Shown here: positions 44,891-58,057 of the stretch, in pieces
How the letters are laid out: every line of letters starts with the position of its first letter
How positions within the stretch are numbered: position 1 is the first letter of the stretch
Assembly (NCBI GenBank): GCA_025594325.1
Contig: JANHCV010000001.1
Span: 2,108,001-2,172,000, forward strand
Direction of reading: 5' to 3'
DNA: 64,000 nucleotides
DNA from: Blastocladiella emersonii ATCC 22665
Lineage: Eukaryota; Fungi; Blastocladiomycota
The notes under the pieces: generated by a model
Databases searched by the model: none
What the model saw: the letters and a program-made list of their open reading frames with translations, nothing else
What the model was told of the DNA's origin: nothing
Made by a program: the position numbers and the translations under genes

Positions 44891-45474
44891 ATGGTATCGC
44901 GCCTCTCGTCTCGGCTGGCGGCAGGCCGAACCCGTCGCTGATCCCCTCTTCTTTGTCGGATGCGCGTAGGCTGCCCAGAACTCGGCCGGGATCCAGACCC
45001 TCCTCGAGGCGGAGAAGGAGGCCGGCAAGATTGTCCAGCGCGCGCGCCAGTGTACTATCCTAAATCACTGTTAGGTGTCGATCGCCGCCGATCCGCTGAC
45101 ACTCGCGACCCGCCACGCGTCACAGACCGCGTCGAGCGCCTCAAGGAGGCCCGCAAGGAGGCCGAGAAGGAGATCCAGGCCCTCAAGCAGCAGAAGGTGG
45201 CCGAGTACGGCAAGTTTGAGAAGGAGGTGCGTGCTTCCCTTACTTCTCGCTAGTTGCCCTGAACTAACCCCTTTTTTTTCGTTTACAGAACGCCGGCACC
45301 AAGGACGCGTTCGCCGCCAAGGTGGACGCCGACACCGAGGCGCGCCTGGTCCAGACCGCCCAGGACTTTGAAAAGGGCCGCGACGCCGTCATCGACAAGC
45401 TCGTCGCCGCCGTGACCCGCGTCAAGCCGACGCTCCACGTCAACGCCGTCAAGGGCAAGGTGCCCTCGTACTGA
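44891..45474 (+). CDS. VMA10: V-ATPase subunit G; ATG-only first exon plus further introns
   Basis: ATG|gt…ag|AAQNSAGIQTLLEAEKEAGKIVQRARQ…RVERLKEARKEAEKEI. Confidence 0.95.
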
Positions 45475-45599
45475 GTCTGCTCGCTGTCTCCTTTCTCTCC
45501 CCGCTCCGTCCCCCGTGAATACCATGCCGCCCGTTTGTGAACAACAAAACTGCGTGTACTCTGAGGGCTCTCCACGAGCCCGCACTCTTCCACAATCTC

Positions 45600-47881
45600 T
45601 CAAGCAGCAGCGTCCTGCTTGGCCGGCACAATGCGCGCCATGACGGCGCCCGCCTCGACCACGGCGCCCTCGCGCACCCGCACCTCGACCGTGCCCGCCA
45701 CCTTGGCCACGATGCGCGTCTCCATCTTCATGCTCTCCACCACCAGCAGCGTGTCGCCGCGAGCCACGGCCTGCCCGTGCTGCACCGCCACCTTGAGCAC
45801 GCGGCACGGCATCACGGCCTTGGCCGTCGTATCTACACCACACCGCCGATCAGGCCAGTTCCGAGCGGAGCGTAATGAGGAGAGAATCAGTACCGTTATT
45901 CTCGTCGCTGGCCGCGCGCACCTTGAGCTTGGGCGCTTTGGCCAGGACCACAGCCTCAGGTAGATGCCGCGCGTGGACGTGCACTTTGACGCCGTCGAGC
46001 CCCGCACGCGGGAGCCGCGGGCCCGCGGGCTCCTCGACCGCAAGCGTGTACGTTGCGGCCACGCCGTCCATGGCCACGACCGCCGTGACGATCCCCGCCG
46101 CCTCCTCGGTCCACGAGAGCACCTCGACAAGCACCTCGCGGCCCGCGGGCGTCGTGACCGTCAGGGCCGGGATCTCACCGCTCTCGTCCGCGACGCGGTC
46201 GTGGCCCGCGTTCGCCGGCGCGTACGTCACGCGCACCGCGGCGCCGCCGGAGACGTCCCACTGCACGCTCGGGGCGGGCCCCGGCATGTTGCGCCACCCG
46301 GCGGGGACGTGGCCCCACGGCCGCCGGCGCGGGTCCGCGAGCGCGCGCGCGTACCACGCCGTCGCGACGCACAGGGCCGCGTCGTCACCGCCGCCACGCT
46401 CGGCCGCGGGACCAGCGGCGAGGATCTGCGCAATGGTCCCCGTCGAGTGCGTGTGCTGAGCGAACGCGGGGTCAGCGAGCAGGCGCAGGAGGAACCCGCG
46501 GTTGGTGCGGACGCCGAGACACGTCAGGTCGCGGACGGCAGCGGCGAGCTTGGCGATGGCGGCGGCGCGCGTCGGCGCCGTGGCGATCAGCTTGCACACC
46601 ATGGCGTCGTACCACACGGTGACCGTCGACCCCGTGCGCACCGTGGGCTCGACGCGGATATCGCGCGCGGCGGACGGCGCGCGCCACAGAAGAATGCGGC
46701 CGGTGCTCGGCGCGAAATCGGCCGACGGGTCCTCGGCGTAGACGCGGACCTCGACCGAGTGCAGCGTTGGGGTGAAGGAGCGGTTGAGGAACGCGCGCGG
46801 CAGGAGGTCGGCGAGCGGGCGGCCCTCAGCGACGGCGAGCTGCAGCGCGACGAGGTCGAGCCCCGTGGTCTCCTCGGTGACGGGGTGCTCGACCTGCAGC
46901 CGCGTGTTGACCTCGAGAAAGTAGAACCTGCGCGTGGCGAGGTCCACGAGAAACTCGACGGTCCCGACGCCCGTGTACCCGATCAGCTCGCCGATGCGCA
47001 CCGCGCACGCCTCCATGTCGATGGCGCAGTCGCCGTTCCCGTTGGTCAACTCGTGTGGCGCGGGGGCCTCCTCGACGACCTTCTGGTGGCGGCGCTGCAT
47101 CGAGCACTCGCGGGTACCGAGCGACACGACCTTGCCGTGGGCGTCGCCGAGGATCTGGACCTCGACGTGCTTGATGTGGTCAAAGTACCGCTCGAGCAGG
47201 AGCTCGGCCGACGCAAACGACCGCAGCCCTTCGCCGCGCGCCTCCGCGAGGTCTGCCGCCAGCGTCGCCGGGTCGCGCACCACGCGCATCCCCTTGCCGC
47301 CGCCGCCCGCGGCCGCCTTGAGCAGGAGCGGGAAACCGACCTTGTGCGCTTCCGCCACGAGCCGCGCGTCGTCCTGCGCCTCGCCGTGGTACCCCGGGAC
47401 GAGCGGGACCTCGGGCGCGCGCGCCTGCAGCAGCGCCTTGGCCCGCCGCTTGTCGCCGATCGCGATGATGGACTCGGGCCGTGGGCCGATCCACGTCAGG
47501 CCCGCGTCCTGCACGGCCTGCGCAAACGCGGCGTTCTCCGAGAGGAAGCCGTAGCCTAGACTGGTCGTCAGTACAGAAGCGTCTCGCCTCTTGCAGCCCA
47601 CAGGGCGTACCAGGATGAATGGCGTCAGCGCCCGCCTTGGCCGCGGCGGCGAGGACGGCGGGGATGGACAGGTACGACTCGGTGGCGGACGCGGGGCCCA
47701 GGCGCACGGCGACGTCGGCCTCGCCGACAAACGGCAGCTCGCGGTCCGCGTCCGAGTACACGGCGACCGCGGCGCGCCCCGTCGCTCGCACCGTGCGGAA
47801 GATGCGCGACGCAATCTCGCCGCGGTTCGCGACCAGGACGCGCGAGATGGGCCGCGCGGGTGGGTGCGTGGGTTTGGTCAT
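45600..47881 (-). CDS. Biotin-dependent acyl-CoA carboxylase alpha subunit (biotin carboxylase plus biotinyl domain; methylcrotonyl/propionyl-CoA carboxylase-like); two introns
   Basis: VLVANRGEIA, HPG|YGFLSEN, KAAAGGGGKGMR, RECSMQRRHQKVVEE, FLEVNTRLQVEHPVTE; biotinylation motif ESMKME. Confidence 0.93.
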
Positions 47882-48079
47882 TCGTTACGTTGTGCGGTAT
47901 GTGCGCAGAGCGGAGAGGGAGGGAGGAGGATCGGCGGCGGGAAGAAGGGGAACGCGTCGCACGGGTCACAGGCCGGCCGGCGCCACGACCACGCGGGCGG
48001 CCCTACCTTTCCTCCCGCTTCACTTCCCCTCCGCTCCTGCGCTCTCACGCCAACTATCATTTAAACGTAACCGCATGCA

Positions 48080-50124
48080 ATGTCGCGCGAGGAGATGAGC
48101 GAGCCCATGGAGGTCGACCCGCGGCCACACGCCGACGACGAGCCAATGGACGAGGACGACGACGGCGGCCGGCCGGCGTCCCCGACCGCCGCCGCCGCTG
48201 CCGCTGCATTGCCCAAGACTCCTGCTCCTGCGCAGGCCGATGCCGTCGAGATCATCGTCGAGGACCGCCGGGTTCCCGCCCTGGATCCGTCCGAGGGCGC
48301 CGACGCGATCGTCAACGAGGCCAGCGAGTACGTCGCTGGCGGGGGTGCATACTGCGATGCATGGGTGCTCACCGCCGACCGACCGACCGTGTTTAGGAGG
48401 GCGCAGGAGACGGAGCGCGTGCTGACCGACCTGACCGAGGGCAGCCCCGACGAGGGCCTGTTCATCGCGCAGCTGGTACATGAGCTGCGCCGGCGGCTCG
48501 GCGAGTCGCCGCCGCGCCCCGACGACCTCACCTGCCTCGAGTACCTGATGCACGAGCTCACCGCCTTCGACAGCGACCCCGAGACGATTGAAGGCGACCG
48601 CGCCGAGCTGCTGCGCATCTACGACGAGGTCGCCGCCCACTTCCAGGCCACCTACACTCGCTTCCAGGTTATCCAGGGGGCTTCCAGCGACGAGCCCATT
48701 TACACGGAGCAGGACCGGATTGCAAAGTTGGGTGCGTCGTCGCGCTGGAATCGCTTGCTCGTAGTCTCGTATGCTAATCTGACTGCCCGTTCGCGCGTGT
48801 ATAGAGGAAGAAAAGGAGGCGCTCAAGGTCGACTGCGTCCTGTACGAGGACGCCGTGCACAGCGTCATGGCCGCCATCGAGGTCCACCTCGAGGCCATTG
48901 ACGACCGTACGTTACATTCCGCCGCTGTCCGCCCGACACCATTCACTAACACATCTCCCCCACTCTCACTGCAGGCCAAAAGTCGCTCGCCAGCAAGCTC
49001 AAGCAAGTCGACGACCTTCTCCAACAGTACGACGCGCAAGAAGCGCAGGGCTCGCGCTTCTCCGCCGCCGAGCTCGCCGACCTGGCCGCCACCATGGCGC
49101 GGCTCGACCAGGAGCTCCGCCGTCTCGAGGACGAGCTCGCCGAGCACGAGGCCGAGAAGGCCGCGCTCGAGGCCGAGATCGACGCGCTCCTGGCCGCGAG
49201 CAGCGAGGCCGACCGCGACGCCGCCGCCATCGCGCGCCGGGAAGCCGAGCGCACCGCGCTCGCGCAGGAGGCCGAGAACCTCAACCGCAACCAGGACCGC
49301 CGCATCGCGCGCGCCGTCAACGCCCGCGACTGCCGCATCCGCGAGCTCGGCCAGCTCGCCGGCGTCGAGGAGCTCCTGCGCGCTATTCCCGAGCCCGCCA
49401 CCGACGCACTGCACGGCGGAGCCGACCCCGAGTTCGTCGTCCGCTTCCACACTCGCGCCGACTCGGTCTTCACCCTCGCCGTCGACCGCGCCGGCGCCGT
49501 CACCGTGCTCGGCGACGCCGACGGAAACGTGCACCAGTTCATCGACGGGCCAGCGACGCTCTCTGCCCCCGCCGCGCACGCGGCTGTCGACGCGATGGCG
49601 GATCTCGCTCAGCTCGGGTTTGGCGCGCCACCAGCGACTGATACACGGTCATCGGCCGCCCCGTCGCTCCTCCACCACCTCGAGGACCGCATCGAGACCA
49701 CGGCGTTTCTCGCCGCGCAGCTCGCGCGCCTGCGCGACGAGCGCGGGTGGATTGTGCACGTCGTCGTGGACGCCGCCGGGGCCGGCCGGCCCGCGGCGAC
49801 GCAGCTGCAGATCTCGGGGTTCGTGCCCGACGACTTCGACCACCGCAAGGAGCACGACGACGACGGTCCGCCGACCCTCGCCGTCACGCTCGACGCGCAA
49901 GCGAGGCCGGCCAAGTTCAGCCTTCACTGGATCTACCTCGCCAAGGTGCGTACGGATCACGATGGCGGAGGCGTATTGATGCTCACTTTCGCCGCGATGA
50001 CGTGTAGGACGTGCAGGACAAGCTCGCGGAAACAGCAGGCCGCGCGCGCTCGGTCGAGGAGCTGGTCGACACGGTGCTCACGGTCATGACCATCGAGCAG
50101 CGCGACCAGCAGCTGCAGTCCTAG
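48080..50124 (+). CDS. Hypothetical coiled-coil protein with a possible C-terminal RWD-like fold; several introns
   Basis: Spliced ORFs 48080-48730, ~48805-48907, ~48975-49944 and ~50008-50124 with GT/AG boundaries and a long heptad-rich central region. Confidence 0.65.
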
Positions 50125-50281
50125 CGCCGACCGAGTGGAGTCTGAACGAACCCGTTTATCCTGTCACCCGCTAGTCACTTGTATCAAGACATTTTATGGA
50201 TCAACAGAGGAGGAGAGGGATCGCAAACAGAAGAGGGAGGGAGACAGGTCGGGCGGCCGCGGCCGCCGCACGGGCGCAGGG

Positions 50282-51535
50282 CTACCCGGCAATCACGTCG
50301 GCGGCGAACATGCGCAGGTGCTCCGAGTCGAGGGTCCACTCGCTGAGGTAGTCGCCGCACTCCTTGACGACGTCGGCGACCTCGGTCAGGTGCTTGACAA
50401 ACGCCTCGAACTTGTTGCCGCGGTGGTAGTCGGTGCGGTTGTCGGTGAAGCACTCGCGGGCCTCGTCGGCGCGGTCGAGCTTGACGGCGAGGTACATGTG
50501 CAGGTCGTGGCACAGGTGGAACACGTCCGTCGGCACGCCCATGCCGTCCACCTTCTTGCGCATCGCCGGGCTCGCCGTCGGGTGGATCTTGCCCAGCCCG
50601 CCCACGCGCGGCGACCCCTTGGCCATGGCCGGCGAGTGCGGCGCCGGCGCCAGGTGCCCGCCCGCCGACAGCGACATGCTGGCGACAGTCTTGCGGTGCG
50701 CGGACCCGGGCCCGCCGCCGCCCATGACCGGTGTGCGCGCCACGCCCGCGACGGCCGGCGCGGGGCTCGCCGACGCGCTGAGCGACGTGCCCGCGAGCGA
50801 CGACGACACGGCGCCGATCTCGTGGAGTGCGCGCTCCTGGGTCGCGCGGCGCTGCAGCGTGGTGAGCGCGTCCTGCAGATTGCCCTGGCGCATCTGGGTC
50901 AGCGTCTTGAGCAGGGCGACGACCGCGTACGTGTGCTCGTCGAGGACGAGCTTGTGGGCGGTCATCTGCGACAGCTGGCGGAGGCACTCGTCGGGGGCCT
51001 CGTTGGCGATGAACGACGCCCGCGCCGTCAGCAGCAGGTACACGTCGTACAGCCGCGCGATGCGGTCCTCCTCGCGGCGGTCCAGGTGCGTGCACGTCGA
51101 CCGGACCGCGGCCCACGCGCGCGCGAGCGCGCGGTTCGCCGCGTCCCACCGGCGGTCCTCGCTGTGCAGCACCACGAGCTGCAGGCCCGCCACGGCGAAC
51201 GCGTACTCGTTGGACATGAGCGCGCCGCGCGACGCCGACGAGCCCGCGCTGAGCACGCCGCGGTGCACGATGTACTCGAGGATCGCCTCGGCGATGGCGC
51301 GCTCGCGGTGCACCAGGTGCAACCCGATGGCCGACAGCAGGTCGGCGCCGCCCTGCTGCCCCGTCGCGTCGTAGTCGGCCAGCACGGGGCGCGACTTGTC
51401 GACGACGCTCGCGTGCACGTCCTCGGGCGTGCACCCGCCCGTCGCGAGCACCACGTTGGCCTCCTTGACGAACCGCTTGATCTCCTTGAGCAGCTCCTTT
51501 TCCCGCGGACCGATGGGTGGGCCGTTGTTGGACAT
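50282..51535 (-). CDS. Hypothetical alpha-helical (TPR-like) protein
   Basis: 417-aa ORF with host-like codon usage and amphipathic helical repeats. Confidence 0.7.
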   Translation of the reverse strand: MSNNGPPIGPREKELLKEIKRFVKEANVVLATGGCTPEDVHASVVDKSRPVLADYDATGQQGGADLLSAIGLHLVHRERAIAEAILEYIVHRGVLSAGSSASRGALMSNEYAFAVAGLQLVVLHSEDRRWDAANRALARAWAAVRSTCTHLDRREEDRIARLYDVYLLLTARASFIANEAPDECLRQLSQMTAHKLVLDEHTYAVVALLKTLTQMRQGNLQDALTTLQRRATQERALHEIGAVSSSLAGTSLSASASPAPAVAGVARTPVMGGGGPGSAHRKTVASMSLSAGGHLAPAPHSPAMAKGSPRVGGLGKIHPTASPAMRKKVDGMGVPTDVFHLCHDLHMYLAVKLDRADEARECFTDNRTDYHRGNKFEAFVKHLTEVADVVKECGDYLSEWTLDSEHLRMFAADVIAG

Positions 51536-52081
51536 GGTTGCTGCTGGAGACGGGTGGCGAGGGTGGATGGTTGGTGGGGTTGTAGACTAGTGGGATGGGG
51601 ACGTCAGCAAGCCTGCATTGCATCACCGCGGCAGCAAGATACATCGATGCGAACATGGGTAGTGCGGGTCGGTGTTGCGTCGAGCACGAATGCCGGATCA
51701 GGTGGTGGAAGAACGCTGAATGGTGAGCGACTGCTGGATCAGTTCGCGAGGTGCAGAGCGGAGAGCTGACCGCCTCAATCGCGATCGGATTCCCGCGAGT
51801 GGGCGTGCGATGGTGGTCGGATAGAAAGACGCTGCGTTGCGCCGAGTGTGCGACGGTCGTGCACATTTCTGGGGAGAGCGCCCGCGCGTGTCTCGCACCG
51901 CGCGCGGGGACGCGTCTCCCGGGTCCGTCACGCCCACGCGTTTGTCACGCGCCGCGGGCAGGTGATCTCCCGGGCAAAGGCGTCGCGTGTGCTCGCTCGC
52001 GCTCGGCCGATCCGCTCGTCCACCTCCGCCGTCGAAAGCGACCCAGCGAAGCCTCCAACGGACACGCCACTTAGTGCAAAG

Positions 52082-53378
52082 ATGGTAAGACCATGCTATG
52101 AATCGCTATGGATGGACAGCACAGATGAATAACGCCCCGTTTCCGCTCCTGCCAGTACACTGCCATTGGCGCTGTAGAGAACGGTGCGTGGATGGCACAA
52201 GTACTCGCCAGAAACCAGTCGTGCTGACTCTCATCGTCGGTCTTAGCCCACGAGGACGGCGTCTGGAGCGTCGCGTGGACCGGCAACAACCGCCTCGTCA
52301 CGGGCTCCGTTGACAACACGGTCAAGTCCTGGTGCGTCCACCCGCACGGCAGTATTGTCTCCGATATCGTCTCATCGTGGGTCTCGATCGCACTTGTAGG
52401 AGCACCGAGAACGGCCTCGACTCGCTGCACACGCTGCGCGGCCACGAGCTCGGCGTCATCTCCGTCTCCTCGGAGAGCAACGGCCGCTGTACGCCTAGCG
52501 TGTTTGCCGCCGACCCCCGCATCCTCTGACAACCCGCGCGATCGTGTAGACGTGGCCTCGAGCTCGCTCGACAGCCGGATCAAGGTCTGGAACATGGCCG
52601 ACCACTCTCTCATGAAGACCATCGAGGGCGGCCCCGTCGAGGTGTGGACCGTGGCGTGCGACCCGCACGGCCCCCGGATCGCCACGGGCACCCACTCGGG
52701 CAACATCAACGTGTTCGACATTGAGACGGGCGAGAAGCAGCAGACGTTCGAGACCAAGGGCAAGTTCATCATGTCGATTGCCTACGTGCGTACTTTTCGC
52801 GATTTGGCTATGGCCGAGTTGACTGACGTTCCGTTTTGCCCTCGCGTAGTCTCCGCAGGGCAACTACATTGCGTCGGGCAGTGAAAACGGCGCGATCCAC
52901 GTCTTTGACTCGCAGACCGGCCGTCTTGTGTCCACTCTCAGCGGTACGCGTCTCCGACTGGTTTCCACGAAGCATTCGACTGCTAACGGAAACCTCGCCC
53001 TGTCTAGGCCACGCCATGTCGGTCCGCTCGCTCGCCTTCTCCGCGGACGGCCGCTTCCTCGTCTCGGCGTCCGATGACAAGCGCGTGCACATGTACGACG
53101 TGCAGCACGGGTCCCTTGTCGCTGCGCTCGCCGGCCACGGCTCGTGGGTCCTCAGCGTCGCGTGGTCCCCCGCGAGCACGGGCTCGGGCAGCGTCGACCA
53201 CATCGCGTCGGGCTCGTCCGACAAGAAGGTCAAGGTGTGGGATATCCGCGGCCGCCAGTGCCTCCACACGCTCGACCACCACGTCGACCAAGTCTGGGGC
53301 GTCGCCTACAACGAGTCGGGCACCCGGCTGGCAACAGTCTCGGACGACAAGTCGCTGCGCGTCTACGCGTGCCAGTAG
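52082..53378 (+). CDS. SKI8: WD40 protein Ski8/WDR61/Rec14; many short exons
   Basis: AHEDGVWSVAW…LVTGSVDNTVKSW; HTLRGHELGVISV; SSSLDSRIKVW; GHAMSVRSLAFSADGRFLVSASDD; GHGSWVLSV; HVDQVWGVAY. Confidence 0.9.
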
Positions 53379-53711
53379 GCGCGGGAAGGTCGGTGGCCGG
53401 GTGAGGCGCGCACGGTGGCATCGATTCGGAGGTTGAACATGGATTGCATTGGATTTTTGGTCGTCGTCAACTTTTTCAGTGAGCTCTGCGAATCATCTAT
53501 AATCGTCCGCTTTCGGTTCGGGTCGGCGGCGATTGCTGGCCGCGTTCAATCCGACCACGGCCATCGCGGCCGTGATGCAGTTCCTCGCGACCTTAGCGCG
53601 TTCCTCGGGAAGCCGACTTCACAGCGGAGCCAGTGAACTCTGGAGCGACGAACTAAGAACTTTCAATGTAGTACGGCGCAGACACATACACGAAGGGTTT
53701 ACACGCGGGGG

Positions 53712-56700
53712 TCACTTCTCCTTGGGCTCGAGCTCCAAGCTGAGCTCCTTGAGCTTCTTGAGCTCGCGCTCTGTTGGTGGCTTCTTGAGGTAGTTCTGGA
53801 CCTGGGCCACGGTCGCCACGTCGTACCGCGTGCCGCGGCTGAGCACAATCTCCTGCACGCGCCGCGACATCATGTGCAGCTTGTCGACGTTGAGCATCCC
53901 GCGCACCATCGAGTCGTTGCCGTCGTTGAGGAACGTGAGGTCCTTGAGGTATATTGCTAGAGGCCGGCGAGCGAGCGAGAGTCAGTACCGTGGCAGCGCG
54001 GTAGTAAGGAGCACAGCAGAACGTACGCAGGAAGGGGACCATGGGCGGCTTGGCCTCGGCGAGCCGGTCGCGGTAGTTCTTCATGTTCCGGCTCGCGTCG
54101 CAGAACTTGGACACCTCCTCGAACTTGGACTGCGTGTCGGGCGTGAGCAGCTTCCACGTCTTCTTGAGCCGCTCGACGGGACCCATGTTGAGGCCGAAGA
54201 AGATGGAGAAGGTCGTGAAGAAGTTGTTCATGTCGAGGCAGTGCTACGCGGTCAAGAGAAGTCATGGTCAGCGTGGCCGTGCGCGCGGGGTCATGGCCAT
54301 GGCCGTACCTTGGCGATCTCGATGAACTGCGTCAGGACCGCTGCCCGCTTCTTCATGTCCTTGACCATGCACACCTCGGTCGCGACCCAGTAGCTTTCCT
54401 ACACACGATGGACCGCGCAGGCGTCAGTCAGGGCCGCCAAAGTTGATAGTCACGGCCGCGGAAACGCACCACGTCGAACCGCGAGATGAAGTAGTCGAGA
54501 CTCGGCGACATGCTGTCCTCGTCGCGGTTCTTGACCCAGATTTGGTTCAGATACTCGATCGGGTGGATGTTGCGGAACAGGCGCCAGTTGTAGACGCACA
54601 GCTGCTGCGCGACCTGCAGCGGCGTGTACGCCATGATCATGGACTCCATGGTCTTGGACTTTTGCGACGCCAGCTTGTACTCGCCAATCACCCGCTCGTA
54701 CTCTTCCGTCTACAAATACGCGCAGCACGGAGTAAGTGATCCTGCGCCGCAAGCGGGAGCGAGGTGAGGACGTACCTTGCGCTCGATAATGTCCTGGATG
54801 GCCAGCGACAGCTCGCGGAACTGGCCAAACTGGCACAGCTCGGCGAGGAACGACTCGAGGTCGTTCTTGAGGTCGCTCCGCAGGGCAAAGTCGTTCCAGT
54901 AGTGGTCGACCCAGATGCCCAGCGCCTGGACGGACCGGATCTGCGTCGGGATCTTGTTCCGCTCAAAGAACTCGACGTCTTCGGGCGTCGCGTCCTCGGG
55001 CGCCTCGGCGTTGAACTGCGCTACGACCCGGTCGAACAGCTCGGTCGGCTTCATGAACGACCGGTACGTCATGAGGAACGTGTCGAGCAGCTCGTAGTCG
55101 TAGTCGGACTCGATGTCGGACGTCAGCGCCGCGAGCGTCATGGAGCCCATGGACGGCGACCGCGTCGACGGCGTGCCCGTCGCGCCTGCGCTCGAGGGCG
55201 CCACCTGGCTCCAGTGCGCGACCGACGACAGCGTGTTGGCCATGCCCATGGCCGAGACGGGTGGTTTCGGCGGCTTCGGGATCCCGACCAGCTCGTGCAG
55301 GTCCGTGTTGAGCGTCAGCAGCTCGATCAGCTTCTCCTGCGTCGCGGCCATGACCTTGAGGCTACACGCGGTATCGAAATGTGAGTGACACGGTCCCGAT
55401 GTCCGTCGCGTGAGGCAACACCGCCGTACCGGCCCTCGGTGCTCTTGAGGACGAGAACCTCGGTGCCGTTCTCGGACACACAGATCGACATGTAGCTCTT
55501 GGCCTTGTTGACGACGTTGAAGGCGTTGGACTTTTCCTTGTCGACGTAGTGCTTGACGGGGCGGTCGAGCTCGAGGATCGCGTTCGAGCACACGATCTCG
55601 AGGCTGTACTGCGCGAACGCGAGCTTCTGCGTCTTGCAGATGTGCGCGAGCAGCGACTCGAGGCGGACGGCCTCGCTGACCTTGAACCGCAGCGTGAGCA
55701 TGTTGGGCAGCGTCACGGACACAGACACGAGGTCGGCCGGCGCGTCGCTCGGTAGTGGTGGCGACGCCGGCCCGCTCTCGTAGATGTGCTCGCGCGGCAT
55801 GATCAGCGGCGGCGGGACCGTCGACGTCGGCGACACGGGGTCCGCGTCGGCGTGCTCGGGCGCGGGCGACCCGCCGTCAAAGTGCGCGGCGCGGCTCGGG
55901 CTCGATGTCGGCGTGCGGCGCAGCGTCACGTACTTGTTCGAGTTGGACGTGCGCGGGCGTGACGTGCGCGCGAGCGTGACTGTGAGCGGCGACGGCGCGT
56001 TGGACGCCGCCGCCGACGACGACGCCGCGGGCACGTCGCTCGAGAAGGACCCGGTCGCCTCGCGCGACGCCTGGAACAGCGCGCGCTTGGTCATGACGCG
56101 GATGTCCTCCGAGTCGCACTTGCGCATCACCTCCTCGCGCGCCGTCGAGATGCTGACGGCGTCCGACTTCTCGAGCGTGTGGCGGCTGCTCGACTTGTGG
56201 CTCGCCGAGTCGCCCGTCGGCGACATGGGCTCGGGCACGCCGTCCATGTTCATGATCACGCCCATGCGCTGCGGCGAGTGCCGCTCCGAGAAGCTGAGCC
56301 GGTCGCGGTTGCTGCCGCCCGACGGCGGCGTCGTTGTCGACGGTGAGAGCTCGTCGGACGAGGTCTGGCCCGAGGCGCCGGGGGCCGTGGTGTCGGGTCC
56401 GCGGCGCATGAGGAGCATGGTCGAGATGGCCTTCATGGCCGACTTCTTGGAGATGGTGCCGGTCGTGCCGGCCGCCGCCTCGGCGGGGTGGCCCGCCGTC
56501 GTGCCCATGGCGAAGCCCTTGGCGGCGCGCTCCATGCGGGCCTCGATCTCGGCCGCATCGCTCACGGTGCGCGGGAACTCCTCGGCGTCCATGCGGACCG
56601 AGATCTGCTTGGAGGTCGGTGCGTTGATCACGGATCGCCGCCGCACTACACATCATGAGCGAGTTAGCGATGGCCGTGGCCGAGGGTGAAGAGGGAATCC

Positions 56701-57214
56701 CAATGTACCACTTGCCCGCTCCCCGAGCGGACTCGCGCCGGTTCCCGAGATGGAGAGGTTGGTGGTAGACTGGGCGAGGAAGTAGTCGGGGCTCGACGGG
56801 TCGGCCTCCTTGGTCGAGTGCACGACGAAGAGCTTCCAGTCCGAGTACTCGCTGAGGCGGCGGTCGGGCTCGGCGGCCATCTCGGATCCGTCGTCAAACT
56901 GGATGAGGAGCACATGGCACGAGATGTCGAGCGACCGCTTGTCGCAGATGACCTGCAGGATCTCGCGCATGGTGCGCGCAAAGTCGACCTGGATCACCGT
57001 GGTCTGGCCGAGCGGGAGCTGCACCCGGATGCGGCACTGCTTGGGCTCCTCCCATGGCGAGATCAGGTTCTGTACCGGTCTAGAGAAGGCGGGGGTGAAC
57101 GTGTGAGCACGGCGGCGATGGCCACGGCGAGGTGCGGGGCGGATGGCCGTACCCAGCAGAGTACAGCTGACTCGTCGAGATGGAGCTCGATTTGGATGCA
57201 TCGTTGAGTGACAT
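53712..57214 (-). CDS. Ras guanine-nucleotide exchange factor (REM and CDC25 domains) with two N-terminal Raf-type RBD/ubiquitin-like domains; many introns
   Basis: RIRVQLPLGQTTVIQV…ILQVICDKRSL; VSVTLPNMLTLRFKV…LLAHICKTQKL; REM LLDTFLMTYRSF; CDC25 VAQQLCVYNWRLFRNIHPIE…NNFFTTFSIFFGLNMGPVERLKKTW…PMVPFL. Confidence 0.9.
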
Positions 57215-58057
57215 GGTTTGGTGTAGATGTGCGCGACCCCCGTGCAGAGTCGCGGGGTGTGAGGAAGCCCGCGAGAATCGAGCGAGCGAGCAGCCAGCCG
57301 CGACACGAGCGTAGCGGACGAGCTCAGTGGTGCCGCAGGCGAGCGAGCGCAGTCGGGTGCCGGAGCAGGGTATCTATCAGCGTGGAGGATGCCCGCAGGA
57401 GACGCCGGATCGAGGGATGTTCGGGCGAAAGCTTCGTGGGGGCGGCGGTGATCGCGCGCGGAGCAGCGACTGGCTGCACCTGGGGAATGCGGGCGGTAGA
57501 CTCGGGCTCGGGTTACGGGCGGGACGCGGTGGGCGAAGTTGATGCCATGGAGCGTTGCGGGACGCGGCGTATCCGCGAGAGAGGCGGCGAATGCGGCCAT
57601 GTCCCGCGTGCGAGACACGGCGTGAACAACGGGCGAAAGCGCCGGCGGACGCGTTGCGACGCGTGGTCACATGATTGTTCGACACGTCGTCTCTCACCCT
57701 CGCCGGCGCGGGTCGCGCTTTCTTCAGTTGGTGGGCGCGCTGGCATGGGCCCGCTGCGAGGTGCTTGACGTTGTCATCGTGTCTTACAAGCAGCACCAAA
57801 GCTCGCAGCACTACGCCTGCGACGACGGCCGCATCATCGCGCGGGAGGGCCACCGAGGCCGACTCGTTCCCTCCGTGTGTTGTCACGCATGATCTTCTTG
57901 TGGAGGAGTTCCACAAACCCTCAGGACACCAGGCCACCTTGTGGCGACGGCCGGGTCCCAGCGGCTCTCTCTCTCTGCCATCGCCGCGTCCATGAATCAT
58001 TTCCTGTCCTGAGCGACCAACCTCGAGAGAAACTTGCTGCAATCCGAGTCTCGAGCC

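Noticed and set aside
37111-45474. V-ATPase c'' and G genes, and CCS1/SOD2, as a functional gene cluster
   Set aside because: They are separated by unrelated genes, and chance proximity in a compact genome is sufficient explanation.
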